DNA of 64,000 nt from Acidimicrobiales bacterium (lineage in GTDB: Bacteria; Actinomycetota; Acidimicrobiia; Acidimicrobiales; JAHWLA01). The DNA is taken from positions 3,752 to 67,751 of the forward strand of contig DATLNE010000032.1 of NCBI GenBank assembly GCA_035536915.1. Reading direction: 5' to 3'. Positions 18,880 to 27,960 of this stretch are shown piece after piece (positions within the stretch are counted from its first letter, which is position 1; the number at the start of each line of letters is the position of its first letter). Below the pieces are notes generated by a model. It searched no databases, had not been told where the DNA came from, and saw only the letters and a list, made by a program, of their open reading frames with translations. A program made the position numbers and the translations under genes.

Positions 18880-20535
18880 TCAGACCTCCATGACGATCGG
18901 CACGATCATCGGCCGTCGTCGGGTCCGTTCGTTGACGAACTGGCCGGTGGCCCGGCGTACGTGGCGCTTGAGCGTCTCGAAGTCGCGGGCGCCGTCGTCG
19001 GTGGCCTTCTCCAGCGCCTTGAGGATGGCTTGGCGGGCGTCGTCGAGCAGCCCTTCGGCCTCCTGCTCGTATACCCAGCCCCGGGTGATGATCTCCGGGC
19101 CGGTGAGCACCTCGCCGGAGCGGGCGTCGACCGTCACCACCACCACGACCACGCCTTCCTCAGCCAGCACCCGCCGGTCGCGCAGCACGCCGTGGCCGAT
19201 GCCGCCGACCACCCCGTCGACGTAGAGGTAGCCCGCGGGGATCTCACCGGCGAAATCGATGCCCTTGTCGGTGAGCTCGACCACGTCGCCGTCCTCGCAC
19301 AGGAGGATGTTCGACTCGGGCACGCCCATGCGCACCGCCAGGCGGGTGTGGTGCGTCATGTGGCGGTACTCGCCGTGCACCGGGATGAAGAACTCGGGCC
19401 GGGCCACCGACAGCAGCGTCATCAGCTCGCCCTGCATGGCGTGGCCGGTCACGTGGACGTTGGCCACCACCTCGGCGCCTCGGCGGTGCAACCCGTCCAT
19501 GACCTTGCTGACCGCCGACTCGTTGCCGGGGATGGCATGCGACGACATGATCACCACGTCGCCCTTGCCGACCTGCAACCACTTGTTGTCGCCCGCCGCC
19601 ATCAGCGACAGCGCCGACATGGGTTCACCCTGCGACCCGGTCGAGATGATGCAGGTGCGTTCGGGCGGGAGGTCGCCGACCTTCTCGATGTCGACCAAGG
19701 CCGAGTCGGGGATGTGCAGCAGGCCCATCTCACGGGTCAGCGCCACGTTCTTGCCCATCGACCGTCCGAGGGTGGCGATGGTGCGGCCGTGGGCCAGCGC
19801 CGCCTCGGCGATCTGCTGCACTCGGTGGATGTGGCTGGCGAAGCAGGTGACGATGATCCGCTTGTCGGCATGAGCGGCGAACAGGTCGCGTAGCTGCTCG
19901 CCGATCGACGACTCGCTCGGCGTGTAGCCCGGCTCGACCGCGTTGGTGGAGTCGGACAGCAGCAGGCGGATGCCGTACTCCTTGGCGATGGCGCCGATGC
20001 GGGCCAGGTCGGTGAGGCGGCCGTCGACCGGCGTGAGGTCGAGCTTGAAGTCGCCCGAGTGGAGGATGACGCCCTGCGGCGTGTGGAAGGCGGTGGCGAA
20101 GCCGTTGGGCACCGAGTGGGTGACGGGGATGAACTCCACGTCGAAGGGGCCGATGCGGCGGCGCTCGCCGTCCTGCACCTCGATGAGCTCGGTGCGCCCG
20201 AGCAGGCCCGCTTCTTCGATGCGATTGCGGGCCAGGCCCAGCGTCAGCTTGGACCCGTAGATGGGGAACGACAGCTCGCGCAGCAGGAACGACAAGCCGC
20301 CCGCGTGGTCCTCGTGGCCGTGGGTGAGGATGCAGCCTTCGATGCGATCGGCGTTCTCGCGCAGCCAGGTGAAGTCGGGCAGCACCAAGTCGATGCCGGG
20401 CATCTCGGTGTCGGGGAACATGAGCCCGCAGTCGAGGAGCATGATGCGCCCCTCCACCTCGAACGCCGCGCAGTTGCGGCCGATCTCGCCCAGGCCCCCC
20501 AGGAAGGCGATGCGAACGGCTGAGGGATCAGGCAA
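18880..20535 (-). CDS. rnj: Ribonuclease J
   Basis: LGGLGEIGRN, THGHEDH, GDFKLD, TGSQGEP, PVHGE. Confidence 0.96.
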   Translation of the reverse strand: MPDPSAVRIAFLGGLGEIGRNCAAFEVEGRIMLLDCGLMFPDTEMPGIDLVLPDFTWLRENADRIEGCILTHGHEDHAGGLSFLLRELSFPIYGSKLTLGLARNRIEEAGLLGRTELIEVQDGERRRIGPFDVEFIPVTHSVPNGFATAFHTPQGVILHSGDFKLDLTPVDGRLTDLARIGAIAKEYGIRLLLSDSTNAVEPGYTPSESSIGEQLRDLFAAHADKRIIVTCFASHIHRVQQIAEAALAHGRTIATLGRSMGKNVALTREMGLLHIPDSALVDIEKVGDLPPERTCIISTGSQGEPMSALSLMAAGDNKWLQVGKGDVVIMSSHAIPGNESAVSKVMDGLHRRGAEVVANVHVTGHAMQGELMTLLSVARPEFFIPVHGEYRHMTHHTRLAVRMGVPESNILLCEDGDVVELTDKGIDFAGEIPAGYLYVDGVVGGIGHGVLRDRRVLAEEGVVVVVVTVDARSGEVLTGPEIITRGWVYEQEAEGLLDDARQAILKALEKATDDGARDFETLKRHVRRATGQFVNERTRRRPMIVPIVMEV

Positions 20536-21433
20536 CGGGATGGGGGGCGTCGTCGCCGAGGTCGGCCAGGATGGCCCGGGCCCGGTCTTCGAGGCCGTCG
20601 GGAGTGGGCCCCATGGGCAGGCGGCACTCCCCCACCCGATGGCCGAGCACCCGCATCATGGCCTTCGACGGCACGGGGTTGGGGTTGGCGTCGCCGGTCT
20701 CGAACTCGAACGACGGCAGCAGCCGGGCGTTGATGCGCCGTGCGGCCTCCACGTCGCCCTTGAAGAACGAAGCGAGCATCTCCTGCTGCAGGGCAGCGGT
20801 CCAGTGGGTCGCCACCCCGACGGTGCCGACGGCGCCGACGGCCAGCAACGGCAACGTCATGCCGTCGTCGCCGCTGTAGAGCTCGAACCCGCTGGGGGCC
20901 TGGGCCATGAGCCGGGCCGCCGAGTACGGGTCGCCTGTGGCGTCCTTGACCGCCACCACGGACGGGACCTCGCGGGCCAGCCGCAGCATGGTGTCGTTGT
21001 CGATCTTTCGGCCGGTGCGGAAGGGGATGTCGTAGGCCATGAGCGGCAGCGACGTGGCCTCGGCAATGGCCCGGAAGTGGCCCTCGATGCCCGCCTGCGA
21101 GGGGCGGCTGTAGTACGGCGTCACCACCAGCACGGCCGCTGCGCCCGCGGCCTCGGCTATGCGGGCGCCGACGACGGAGTGTGCCGTGTCGTTGGAGCCC
21201 GCGCCGGCGATGACGGGCACGGTCACCGCCTCGGCCACCGCACGCCACAGGTCGGCCTTCTCGTCGTTGGTGAGGACGGGGGCCTCGCCGGTGGTGCCGG
21301 CGAGCACCAAGCCGTCGTTGCCGTTGTCGACGAGCCACTTGGCCAGCTTCACCGCGGCGTCGAGATCGAGGCGGCCCTCGTCGTCGAACGGGGTGACCAT
21401 GGCAGTGAGGACAGCGCCGAAACGGGCGGTCAT
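20528..21433 (-). CDS. dapA: 4-hydroxy-tetrahydrodipicolinate synthase
   Basis: TAMVTPF, GTTGE, PYYSRP, YDIPFRTG, VKDA, SGDD, NPVP; ATG 21433. Confidence 0.95.
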   Translation of the reverse strand: MTARFGAVLTAMVTPFDDEGRLDLDAAVKLAKWLVDNGNDGLVLAGTTGEAPVLTNDEKADLWRAVAEAVTVPVIAGAGSNDTAHSVVGARIAEAAGAAAVLVVTPYYSRPSQAGIEGHFRAIAEATSLPLMAYDIPFRTGRKIDNDTMLRLAREVPSVVAVKDATGDPYSAARLMAQAPSGFELYSGDDGMTLPLLAVGAVGTVGVATHWTAALQQEMLASFFKGDVEAARRINARLLPSFEFETGDANPNPVPSKAMMRVLGHRVGECRLPMGPTPDGLEDRARAILADLGDDAPHPVA

Positions 21434-22047
21434 GAAGGTTCCTCCTTGGAGCGCTCGATACCGAGCGTAGACAGAAGGTCCTCGTGCAGTTCGAACCAAA
21501 TCGTGTGATAGGAGTCGAGGACCGGCGTCGTGAACCAGTCGAAGTCGCCTTCTCGCACCCGCTCCCGCGCGTGTGCCAGCCGAGGTCCGTAGTGCCCGAA
21601 ACGGGGTCGGATGGCGGCCAACTCGGCGCACAAGGGCTGCATGGCCTCGTCGACGGCGTCGAGGCGGGCCAGCACGTCCCGTTCGTAGTCGGCGTCGCTG
21701 TGGTCGTTGAGCACGCCCTCGCGCACCTGCCAGTCGGTGCAGACCTGCAAGAGCTCGCGGTTGGTGGGGAGGAAGCGTCGGTAGACGTCGTCGATGAGCG
21801 GCCGCACGCCGTCGGACTCGGCGGCCAGCAGCTCGGCGTGGCGGACCCGACCGGCGGCGCTCAACGACCACCCGGTGAGCCGGCCGTCGCGCCGGATGAG
21901 CAGTTCGTCGGCCGCCAGCTTCTCAAGGACGCGTGCAACGTCATCGACGGGAAGCTGGAGGGCAGCCGCCATGGCGGCGCCCTCCGCCAGCCCTTTCAAG
22001 CGAAGCGCGTGCAGCACGGCGAAGTCGGTCCCGGCCGCATGCTGCAT
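21430..22047 (-). CDS. Winged-helix protein resembling mycobacterial Rv1126c
   Basis: VLHALRLKG N-terminal wHTH, TDWQ, and DSYHTIWFELHEDL C-terminal motif (family assigned from memory). Confidence 0.7.
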   Translation of the reverse strand: MQHAAGTDFAVLHALRLKGLAEGAAMAAALQLPVDDVARVLEKLAADELLIRRDGRLTGWSLSAAGRVRHAELLAAESDGVRPLIDDVYRRFLPTNRELLQVCTDWQVREGVLNDHSDADYERDVLARLDAVDEAMQPLCAELAAIRPRFGHYGPRLAHARERVREGDFDWFTTPVLDSYHTIWFELHEDLLSTLGIERSKEEPS

Positions 22048-22071
22048 GCGGGCAGGGTACTCGCCTGCTGC

Positions 22072-23193
22072 TTACGCGGAGCGCTGATCGCCCTCTGCGA
22101 GGGCGAACGCCTCGTACTCCTCGCCGGTGTCGGCCCAGTCCTCGAACTGGATGACACCGAGCTCCTCGAACCGTGTGCGCAGCCAGCCGTCGCCTGCGTC
22201 GAGCAGCCCGAGCTTCTTGCAGTTCGGCACGATCTTGGAGAACAGCATCTGCTGGAAGACGGGGCGCTCGGGCGACTGCTGCACGATCTCGACCGCTTCC
22301 TTGACCGGCAGGCCCATGCGGTCCCACACCTCCTGCTGGAGGAAGCGGTCGCGCATGCGCACGGCGGCCTCGAAGGCGAACTCCTGGCGCTCGCGCAGCT
22401 CGGCCTGGGTGAGCTCTGTGTAGTAGTCCTGCAGCGACAGCACGCCGAAGGCGACATGGCGGGCCTCGTCGCTCATGACGTAGCGCAGGAGCTGCTTGAG
22501 CAGGGGCTCGGTGGTGAGCTGGTGGATGAAGCCGAAGGCGGCCAGGGCCAGGCCCTCGACCATGATCTGCATGCCCAGGTAGGTCATGTCCCAGCGGCTG
22601 TCGGCGATGATGTCGTCGAGCAACAACTTGAGGTGGGCGTTGATCGGATAGTGGCCCGACAGCTTGGTGTCGAGGTATTTGGCGAACACCTCGACGTGGC
22701 GGGCCTCGTCCATCACCTGGGTCGACGCGTAGTACTTGGCGTCGATCCACGGCACGGTCTCGACGATCTTGGCCGTGCACAGGAGTGCCCCCTGCTCGCC
22801 GTGCATGAACTGCGACAGCGTCCAGTTCTGGCTCTCGCAGCCGAGCTGGATCCACTCCTTCTCGGTCCACTTCTCGAAGCACGTGCCCGACAGGTCCATG
22901 CCGTAGCCGAGGCCGCCCATCTGCATGGCGTTGGCCATGACGACGGCTTCCTGGTCGACCTCGGTCTCCCAGGGCAGGTCCTTCTCGCCGTCCCACATGG
23001 AGTGCTTGGCCTTCTCGTAGAGACGGTTCAGCTTGGGCTTGGCGCCCTTCTCGTAGTCCCAGGTGAAGATGGCGTCGGCGTTGTCCTTGACGGCGTGGAT
23101 GGCCTCGTCGACGTCGGTGTTGCTGACCGAGAGGATGGCCTCCAGGTCGTCGATCTCGGCGCGGCCGATCATCTCTTCGTGGGTCTTGGCCAT
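22072..23193 (-). CDS. Ferritin-like diiron protein (AurF-like oxygenase family)
   Basis: HGEQGA...DEARH and VEGLA...DEARH diiron ligand pairs; ATG 23193. Confidence 0.85.
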   Translation of the reverse strand: MAKTHEEMIGRAEIDDLEAILSVSNTDVDEAIHAVKDNADAIFTWDYEKGAKPKLNRLYEKAKHSMWDGEKDLPWETEVDQEAVVMANAMQMGGLGYGMDLSGTCFEKWTEKEWIQLGCESQNWTLSQFMHGEQGALLCTAKIVETVPWIDAKYYASTQVMDEARHVEVFAKYLDTKLSGHYPINAHLKLLLDDIIADSRWDMTYLGMQIMVEGLALAAFGFIHQLTTEPLLKQLLRYVMSDEARHVAFGVLSLQDYYTELTQAELRERQEFAFEAAVRMRDRFLQQEVWDRMGLPVKEAVEIVQQSPERPVFQQMLFSKIVPNCKKLGLLDAGDGWLRTRFEELGVIQFEDWADTGEEYEAFALAEGDQRSA

Positions 23194-23804
23194 CAGGTGG
23201 TCCCCCTTGACGGTTGGGTGAGCCCAGGGAGGACGAACGTCCTCACCAAGCGACGGACGGATGCAATGTCGGCGATGTCGAGCTGGGAGTCGGCCGGCTG
23301 GCAGACGTAGGAGAGGACGAGGCGGGCGGCCCATTCGCCGGCCCGGCGGGCCTCGTCGGGGCTGAGCCAGCTCTCGAGGTAGGGGGCGCCGACGGCGGCG
23401 CCTGCGGCCAGCACCTCGTCGAGCTTGCCGAAGGCCAGGCGGGGCAGGACGACCTCGGGCTCATGGGCCAGGAGGAACTGCAGCGGCTCATGCGTGGTGA
23501 TGCGACGGCCCGCCTCGGCCATGCCGTGCACGAGGGTGTCTTCCAGGGAATCGGCTGTGGCCATGGCGGCGGCTACGCCGGCGAAGAAGCGGCGGGTTTC
23601 GCTCTTGGCCACGGTCTCCATGAGGCCGTCCTTGCCGCCCGGGAAGACCCGGTAGACGGTGGCCCGGGACAGGCCGGCCTCGCGGGCGATGTCTTCCAGC
23701 GTGGTCTTGGCTCCGCCCCAGCGGGCGATGCAGCGCAGGGCGGCGTCGGTGATGCGCGCCTCATGGGTGACGACGGGAGGCTCGACCAGGAGCGCCACAC
23801 TCAT
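23193..23804 (-). CDS. TetR/AcrR family regulator
   Basis: TTLEDIAREAGLSRATVYRVFPGGKD. Confidence 0.93.
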   Translation of the reverse strand: MSVALLVEPPVVTHEARITDAALRCIARWGGAKTTLEDIAREAGLSRATVYRVFPGGKDGLMETVAKSETRRFFAGVAAAMATADSLEDTLVHGMAEAGRRITTHEPLQFLLAHEPEVVLPRLAFGKLDEVLAAGAAVGAPYLESWLSPDEARRAGEWAARLVLSYVCQPADSQLDIADIASVRRLVRTFVLPGLTQPSRGTT

Positions 23805-23807
23805 TGA

Positions 23808-23834
23808 TGAGACAGTAACACCGATTTCGTCTCA
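23808..23834. promoter_or_regulatory. Candidate TetR operator over a leaderless promoter
   Basis: TGAGAC-N15-GTCTCA inverted repeat overlapping -10 TACTGT (23812-23817), which is 7 nt before the ATG. Confidence 0.5.
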
Positions 23835-23862
23835 GCGTCTATGTGTCTTTTTGTGTCGCATG

Positions 23863-24414
23863 TCACAATCGCAAGCCGCCGATGAGCTCGGTGCGCACCA
23901 GTTCCCGCACCTGGTCCCGGTCGGTGAGGTCCCAGCGGCCTTGGGCCCCGATGAACGACAGGAGCATGCGTGACACGTAGTCGGCCGCTTCCAGGCTGGT
24001 GGTGCCCGGCGGCAGGGCGTCGTCGGGGATGTGGGGGACCAGGAACGCCCGGATGAAGCCCCGGATGCGGTCGCTGTCGACGTTGAGTTGGGGCAGCAGG
24101 CGCTCGGGCTCGGTCTCCAACACCTTCTGGAGGACCTCATGCTCCTCGACAGCCCGGTGGGCGAACAGGAGGGCCTCGACCAGGAGGTCGCCGAAGTCGG
24201 TGACGCCCTCGACCGCTGTGGCCAGGCGGGTGAAGAAGCGAGCCACCTCCCACGAGATGGTGTCGCGGATGAGCTCGTCCTTGCCGCCGGGGAAGTAGCG
24301 GTAGACGCTGGCCCGTGACAGGCGGGCCTCGCGGGCCACGTCTTCCACGGTCGTCTTGCCCAGCCCGTAGCGGGCCACGCAGGTGAAGGTTGCTTCCAGG
24401 ATGCGGTCCCGCAT
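23863..24414 (-). CDS. TetR/AcrR family regulator
   Basis: TTVEDVAREARLSRASVYRYFPGGKDEL; paralogous to the neighbouring TetR. Confidence 0.93.
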   Translation of the reverse strand: MRDRILEATFTCVARYGLGKTTVEDVAREARLSRASVYRYFPGGKDELIRDTISWEVARFFTRLATAVEGVTDFGDLLVEALLFAHRAVEEHEVLQKVLETEPERLLPQLNVDSDRIRGFIRAFLVPHIPDDALPPGTTSLEAADYVSRMLLSFIGAQGRWDLTDRDQVRELVRTELIGGLRL

Positions 24415-24439
24415 GGCGCCGTTGTACCAGGCTGCTGCC

Positions 24440-24610
24440 GTGCAGATCCGCCCCGGCGACCGGTGGCAGTGCGACGGGTGCGGGCAACTGCTGGCCTTCG
24501 ACGAGCGAGGGCGGGTGCCGCAAGCCCAGTTGGACGCCTGCCGGGGCCTGTGCGACTGGGCCTTGGTGGAACGCGACGGCCGTGCCGTGGAGGACGGCCC
24601 GTCGCTCTAG
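24440..24610 (+). CDS. Possible small Cys-rich (zinc-binding) protein
   Basis: WQCDGCG...CRGLC; fills the gap between TetR and the PIN gene. Start uncertain. Confidence 0.45.
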   Translation: MQIRPGDRWQCDGCGQLLAFDERGRVPQAQLDACRGLCDWALVERDGRAVEDGPSL

Positions 24611-25032
24611 AGCGCCACGATCCTCGGTCGTACTGCGAGGGCGTCGGCGATGCGGCCCATGTCGTCAGCGTCGCTGGTGATCACGGCGTGCGGAGCGGCG
24701 GTCACATCCAACACGGCGGCAAGGTGGGCGTCGGCCACCGAGACGCCGAGCTTGGTACGGACGGCGGCGGCACGGTCCGCCGTCGCACTGTCGAGAGGCA
24801 ACTCGTCGATGCGAAGGCGGTTGACAGCAGCGGCCCGAGGCGTGCGCCTGTCCCAGCCCGCCTCTACCCGGACGGCAGTGGGCACCACCAGTCGCACCGA
24901 GCCCGCACGACGCAGGTTCCTGGCGGCGACCGCCTCGACGACGGCCAGCACCCGCCGGTGCTTCCGGTGGGCAGGGTCGGCCAAGGCCTGCACGGCCTCG
25001 TTGTCGAGCACCACCGTGCGCGCCTGCTTCAC
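24607..25032 (-). CDS. PIN-domain (VapC-like) toxin
   Basis: VVLDNEAV, VPTAVRVE, SVADAHL and ITSD acidic PIN pattern. Confidence 0.8.
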   Translation of the reverse strand: MKQARTVVLDNEAVQALADPAHRKHRRVLAVVEAVAARNLRRAGSVRLVVPTAVRVEAGWDRRTPRAAAVNRLRIDELPLDSATADRAAAVRTKLGVSVADAHLAAVLDVTAAPHAVITSDADDMGRIADALAVRPRIVAL

Positions 25033-25433
25033 GCCACCGCTGCTCCGAGCCCGGCGGCGTAGAGGAGGACGTCGTCGGGAGTGGGGTCGTCCTTCAACGC
25101 GTGCACCTCGACGACCGCTCGCCGCACGAGGTCGGGGCGGTCGGCCAACGGGCTCCCGTCGATGGCCGCGGTGGCCAACGCCACCTCTTCGAGGTCGGGT
25201 CGCGCGTCGGGGTGGGCCCGGTAGTGGGCATCGAGCACGGCGCGCTGGGCGAACGCCTCCAAGGCGTCACGCAGGCCGCGAACAGTGAGCTCGGTGGTCG
25301 AGGCGGCCAACCCCATGTCGGCGGCAAGGGCAGCGGCGTCCCGCAGGTTGGCGGGCAAGCGCACCGAGGTGCCGACGGACTCGGTTCCGTCGTCGTCGAG
25401 CAGGGCGAGCAGCCGCTTCAGGTTGCGGTCCAC
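25029..25433 (-). CDS. Putative antitoxin (ribbon-helix-helix-like)
   Basis: TSVRLPANLRDAA RHH-like motif; GTGA-coupled directly upstream of the PIN gene. Confidence 0.65.
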   Translation of the reverse strand: MDRNLKRLLALLDDDGTESVGTSVRLPANLRDAAALAADMGLAASTTELTVRGLRDALEAFAQRAVLDAHYRAHPDARPDLEEVALATAAIDGSPLADRPDLVRRAVVEVHALKDDPTPDDVLLYAAGLGAAVA

Positions 25434-25440
25434 GGGCAGA

Positions 25441-25462
25441 AATGTACCACGGGGTGTACCAC
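25441..25462. promoter_or_regulatory. TA promoter/operator
   Basis: TGTACCAC direct repeat (25443-25450, 25455-25462) overlapping -10 TACATT, which is 7 nt before the GTG. Confidence 0.55.
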
Positions 25463-25464
25463 AA

Positions 25465-26283
25465 TCAGAAGTGGCTGGGCGGCACTGCGCTCTTGTTGAC
25501 CTTTGTGCTGGCCACGATGCGCCAGGCGTTGTCGACGAAACGCACGGTGAGGTGGTCGTACTGGGTGCCCGCCGCCTCCCAGAGGTCGAGTTGGCCCGGC
25601 GAGACGCGGGCGCTGCCGTCGGGCGACTCGCGGTGCACCACGACGTTGCCGGGGAACTGCACGACGTCGACGGCCAGCATGCGTGTGCTGCCCGTGCGGC
25701 GGAAGCCGAAGATGGCCTCCTGGGCGGCGTCGCCGCCGATGTCCTCGCCCCGGAAGCGGATCTCGGTGAAGCGGGACCCGTCGTCGTCGCGGGCCTCCGC
25801 CGCGGCGATCCACGTCTCCCCTGTCTCCTGCCGGTAGGTGTAGGCCCGCCGTGCCGTGGCGCCGCCTGCCGCCGCCTTCGACTCGATCACCAGGTACCAG
25901 TCGCTGCGGATGCCGACGCACTCGGCCGTCCAGCCCGGGGTGGCGAACTGGGTGCAGCCCCCGCCTTGGCGGATTGTGCGGCGGATGGGCGACGCCGGTG
26001 TGCGCAGGACGGCGCCTTGGCCGTTCAGGACGGGCCGAGCCGCCGTCGTGGTGGTGGCGAGCGCGGTGGTGGAGGTCGGCGCCGCCGTGGTCGTCGTCGG
26101 CTCCTCCACGCCGGTACTGGTCGTGGTCTCCTCGACCACGCTGGACGCCGTCGTGGTGGTGGCGTCGGCTACCAGTTCGTCGTCACCGTCGTCGCCCACC
26201 AAGGCGGCGATGAGCAAGGCGAGCACGAAGAGGGCGGCCATGCCGCCGGCCACTGCGGCGGCGATGCGTTGCTTGGGGGTCAC
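25465..26283 (-). CDS. Membrane-anchored extracellular protein with Thr-rich linker
   Basis: N-terminal TM, TTTT-rich linker, globular C-domain; GTGA-coupled to the acyl-CoA ligase. Confidence 0.75.
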   Translation of the reverse strand: MTPKQRIAAAVAGGMAALFVLALLIAALVGDDGDDELVADATTTTASSVVEETTTSTGVEEPTTTTAAPTSTTALATTTTAARPVLNGQGAVLRTPASPIRRTIRQGGGCTQFATPGWTAECVGIRSDWYLVIESKAAAGGATARRAYTYRQETGETWIAAAEARDDDGSRFTEIRFRGEDIGGDAAQEAIFGFRRTGSTRMLAVDVVQFPGNVVVHRESPDGSARVSPGQLDLWEAAGTQYDHLTVRFVDNAWRIVASTKVNKSAVPPSHF

Positions 26284-27905
26284 TCGGCCTCAGTCGGGAA
26301 GCGGTAGTCGGCGAAACGGTCGCGCAGCGTCTTCTTGGAGAACTTGCCCACGCTGGTCTTGGGCACCTCGTCGATGAACACCACGTCGTCAGGCAACCAC
26401 CATTTGGCCACCCGCGGGCGGAGGTGCTCGACAATCTCGTCCTTAGTGGCCTCGGCGCCGGGCTTGAGCACGACGCACGCCAACGGCCGCTCGTCCCACT
26501 TGGGGTGCGGGATGCCGATGACAGCGGCCTCGGCCACGGCCGGGTGGGCCATGATCTCGTTCTCCAACTCGACCGAGCTGATCCACTCCCCGCCCGACTT
26601 CACCAGGTCCTTGGTGCGGTCGACCAAGCGGATGTAGCCCTCGGGGTCGACCACGGCGACGTCGCCGGTGCGCAGGAACCCGTCGGCCGTGAACGACTCC
26701 TGCGATCCCGGGTGGTTGTAGTAGTCCTTGGCGATCCACGGGCCCGCCACCTGGAGCTCGCCGCTGGTCTTGCCGTCCCACGGGAGCGGGTCGGTGGTGC
26801 CCGGCTCCACGACGCGGAACTCGACACCAGGCACCACGAGCCCCTGGGTGGCACGCAGGTCGGCCAGCTCGTCGTCGGGCCGGTCGCGCAACGTCGACTT
26901 CACATGGCACACCGAGGCGATGGGGCTCGTCTCGGTCATGCCCCACGCCTGGGTGATGGGCAGGCCGATGGCGGCCCGGAAGCCCTCCGACAACGCCTTG
27001 GGCACGGCCGAGCCGCCGCACACCACGCTGCGCAGGCTGGAGAGCTCGCGGCCTTCCAGTAGCGGCAGCACGCCCATCCAGATGGTGGGCACGCCCGCGG
27101 CGAGGGTGACCCGCTCCGACTCCATGAGGCCCACAAGCGCTGGAGGCGACAGGTCGGCACCGGGCATGACCAGGTTCGCCCCTGTGGACACGCAGGCATG
27201 GGCGATGCCCCAACAGTTGGCGTGGAACATGGGCACGATCGGCAGCACGGTGTCGGCCTCGCGGACGGCGAGGTTGTCGACCATCAGCACGCCCATGGTG
27301 TGGAGGAACATCGAGCGGTGCGTGTAGACGACGCCCTTGGGGTTCCCGGTGGTGCCGCTCGTGTACATCATCGAGCCCGCCCGGTGCTCGTCGTCGACCC
27401 GGAACTCGGCCATCGGCGCGTCGGCTGTCAGCGCGTCGTAGTCGATGATGCGGGGGTCGGCGGGCACGTCGCCCTTGCCGTCGTCCATGACCACGACGTG
27501 CTTGACCGTGGTGAACGTATCGAGCAGCGGCGCCAGCACGGCCAGCAACGACCGGTCGGCGAAGATCACCTCGTCCTCGGCGTGGTTGACGATGTAGGTG
27601 AGCTGCTCGGCGAACAGGCGGATGTTCAGGGTGTGCAGCACCCGGCCCGTACACGGCACCGCGTAGTAGAGCTCGAGGTGGCGGGCGGTGTTCCAGGCGA
27701 AGCTGCCGACCCGGCCGTCGGCCGAGATGCCGAGGGCGTCGAGGGCGCCGCCCAGGCGCCGGGTGCGGGCCGCCCATTCGCCGTAGGTGGTGCGCTCGAC
27801 GCCGGTCGGCGTGGCGGTGGCGACGGTCTTGGCGGGGAACAGTCGCTCGGCGCGCTGGAAGAAGTGCGGCAGCGTGAGCGGATAGTCCTGCATGAGGCCC
27901 TGCAT
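26280..27905 (-). CDS. Long-chain fatty acid--CoA ligase
   Basis: YTSGTTGNPKG, PMFHAN, WGMTE, RTGD, KSGGEWISS, PKTSVGK; ATG 27905. Confidence 0.93.
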   Translation of the reverse strand: MQGLMQDYPLTLPHFFQRAERLFPAKTVATATPTGVERTTYGEWAARTRRLGGALDALGISADGRVGSFAWNTARHLELYYAVPCTGRVLHTLNIRLFAEQLTYIVNHAEDEVIFADRSLLAVLAPLLDTFTTVKHVVVMDDGKGDVPADPRIIDYDALTADAPMAEFRVDDEHRAGSMMYTSGTTGNPKGVVYTHRSMFLHTMGVLMVDNLAVREADTVLPIVPMFHANCWGIAHACVSTGANLVMPGADLSPPALVGLMESERVTLAAGVPTIWMGVLPLLEGRELSSLRSVVCGGSAVPKALSEGFRAAIGLPITQAWGMTETSPIASVCHVKSTLRDRPDDELADLRATQGLVVPGVEFRVVEPGTTDPLPWDGKTSGELQVAGPWIAKDYYNHPGSQESFTADGFLRTGDVAVVDPEGYIRLVDRTKDLVKSGGEWISSVELENEIMAHPAVAEAAVIGIPHPKWDERPLACVVLKPGAEATKDEIVEHLRPRVAKWWLPDDVVFIDEVPKTSVGKFSKKTLRDRFADYRFPTEAE

Positions 27906-27960
27906 CACGTCCCCCTTGTCGACGGCTGCGGTCAGGTTATCGGCGGGTAGGGTTTCCGCC

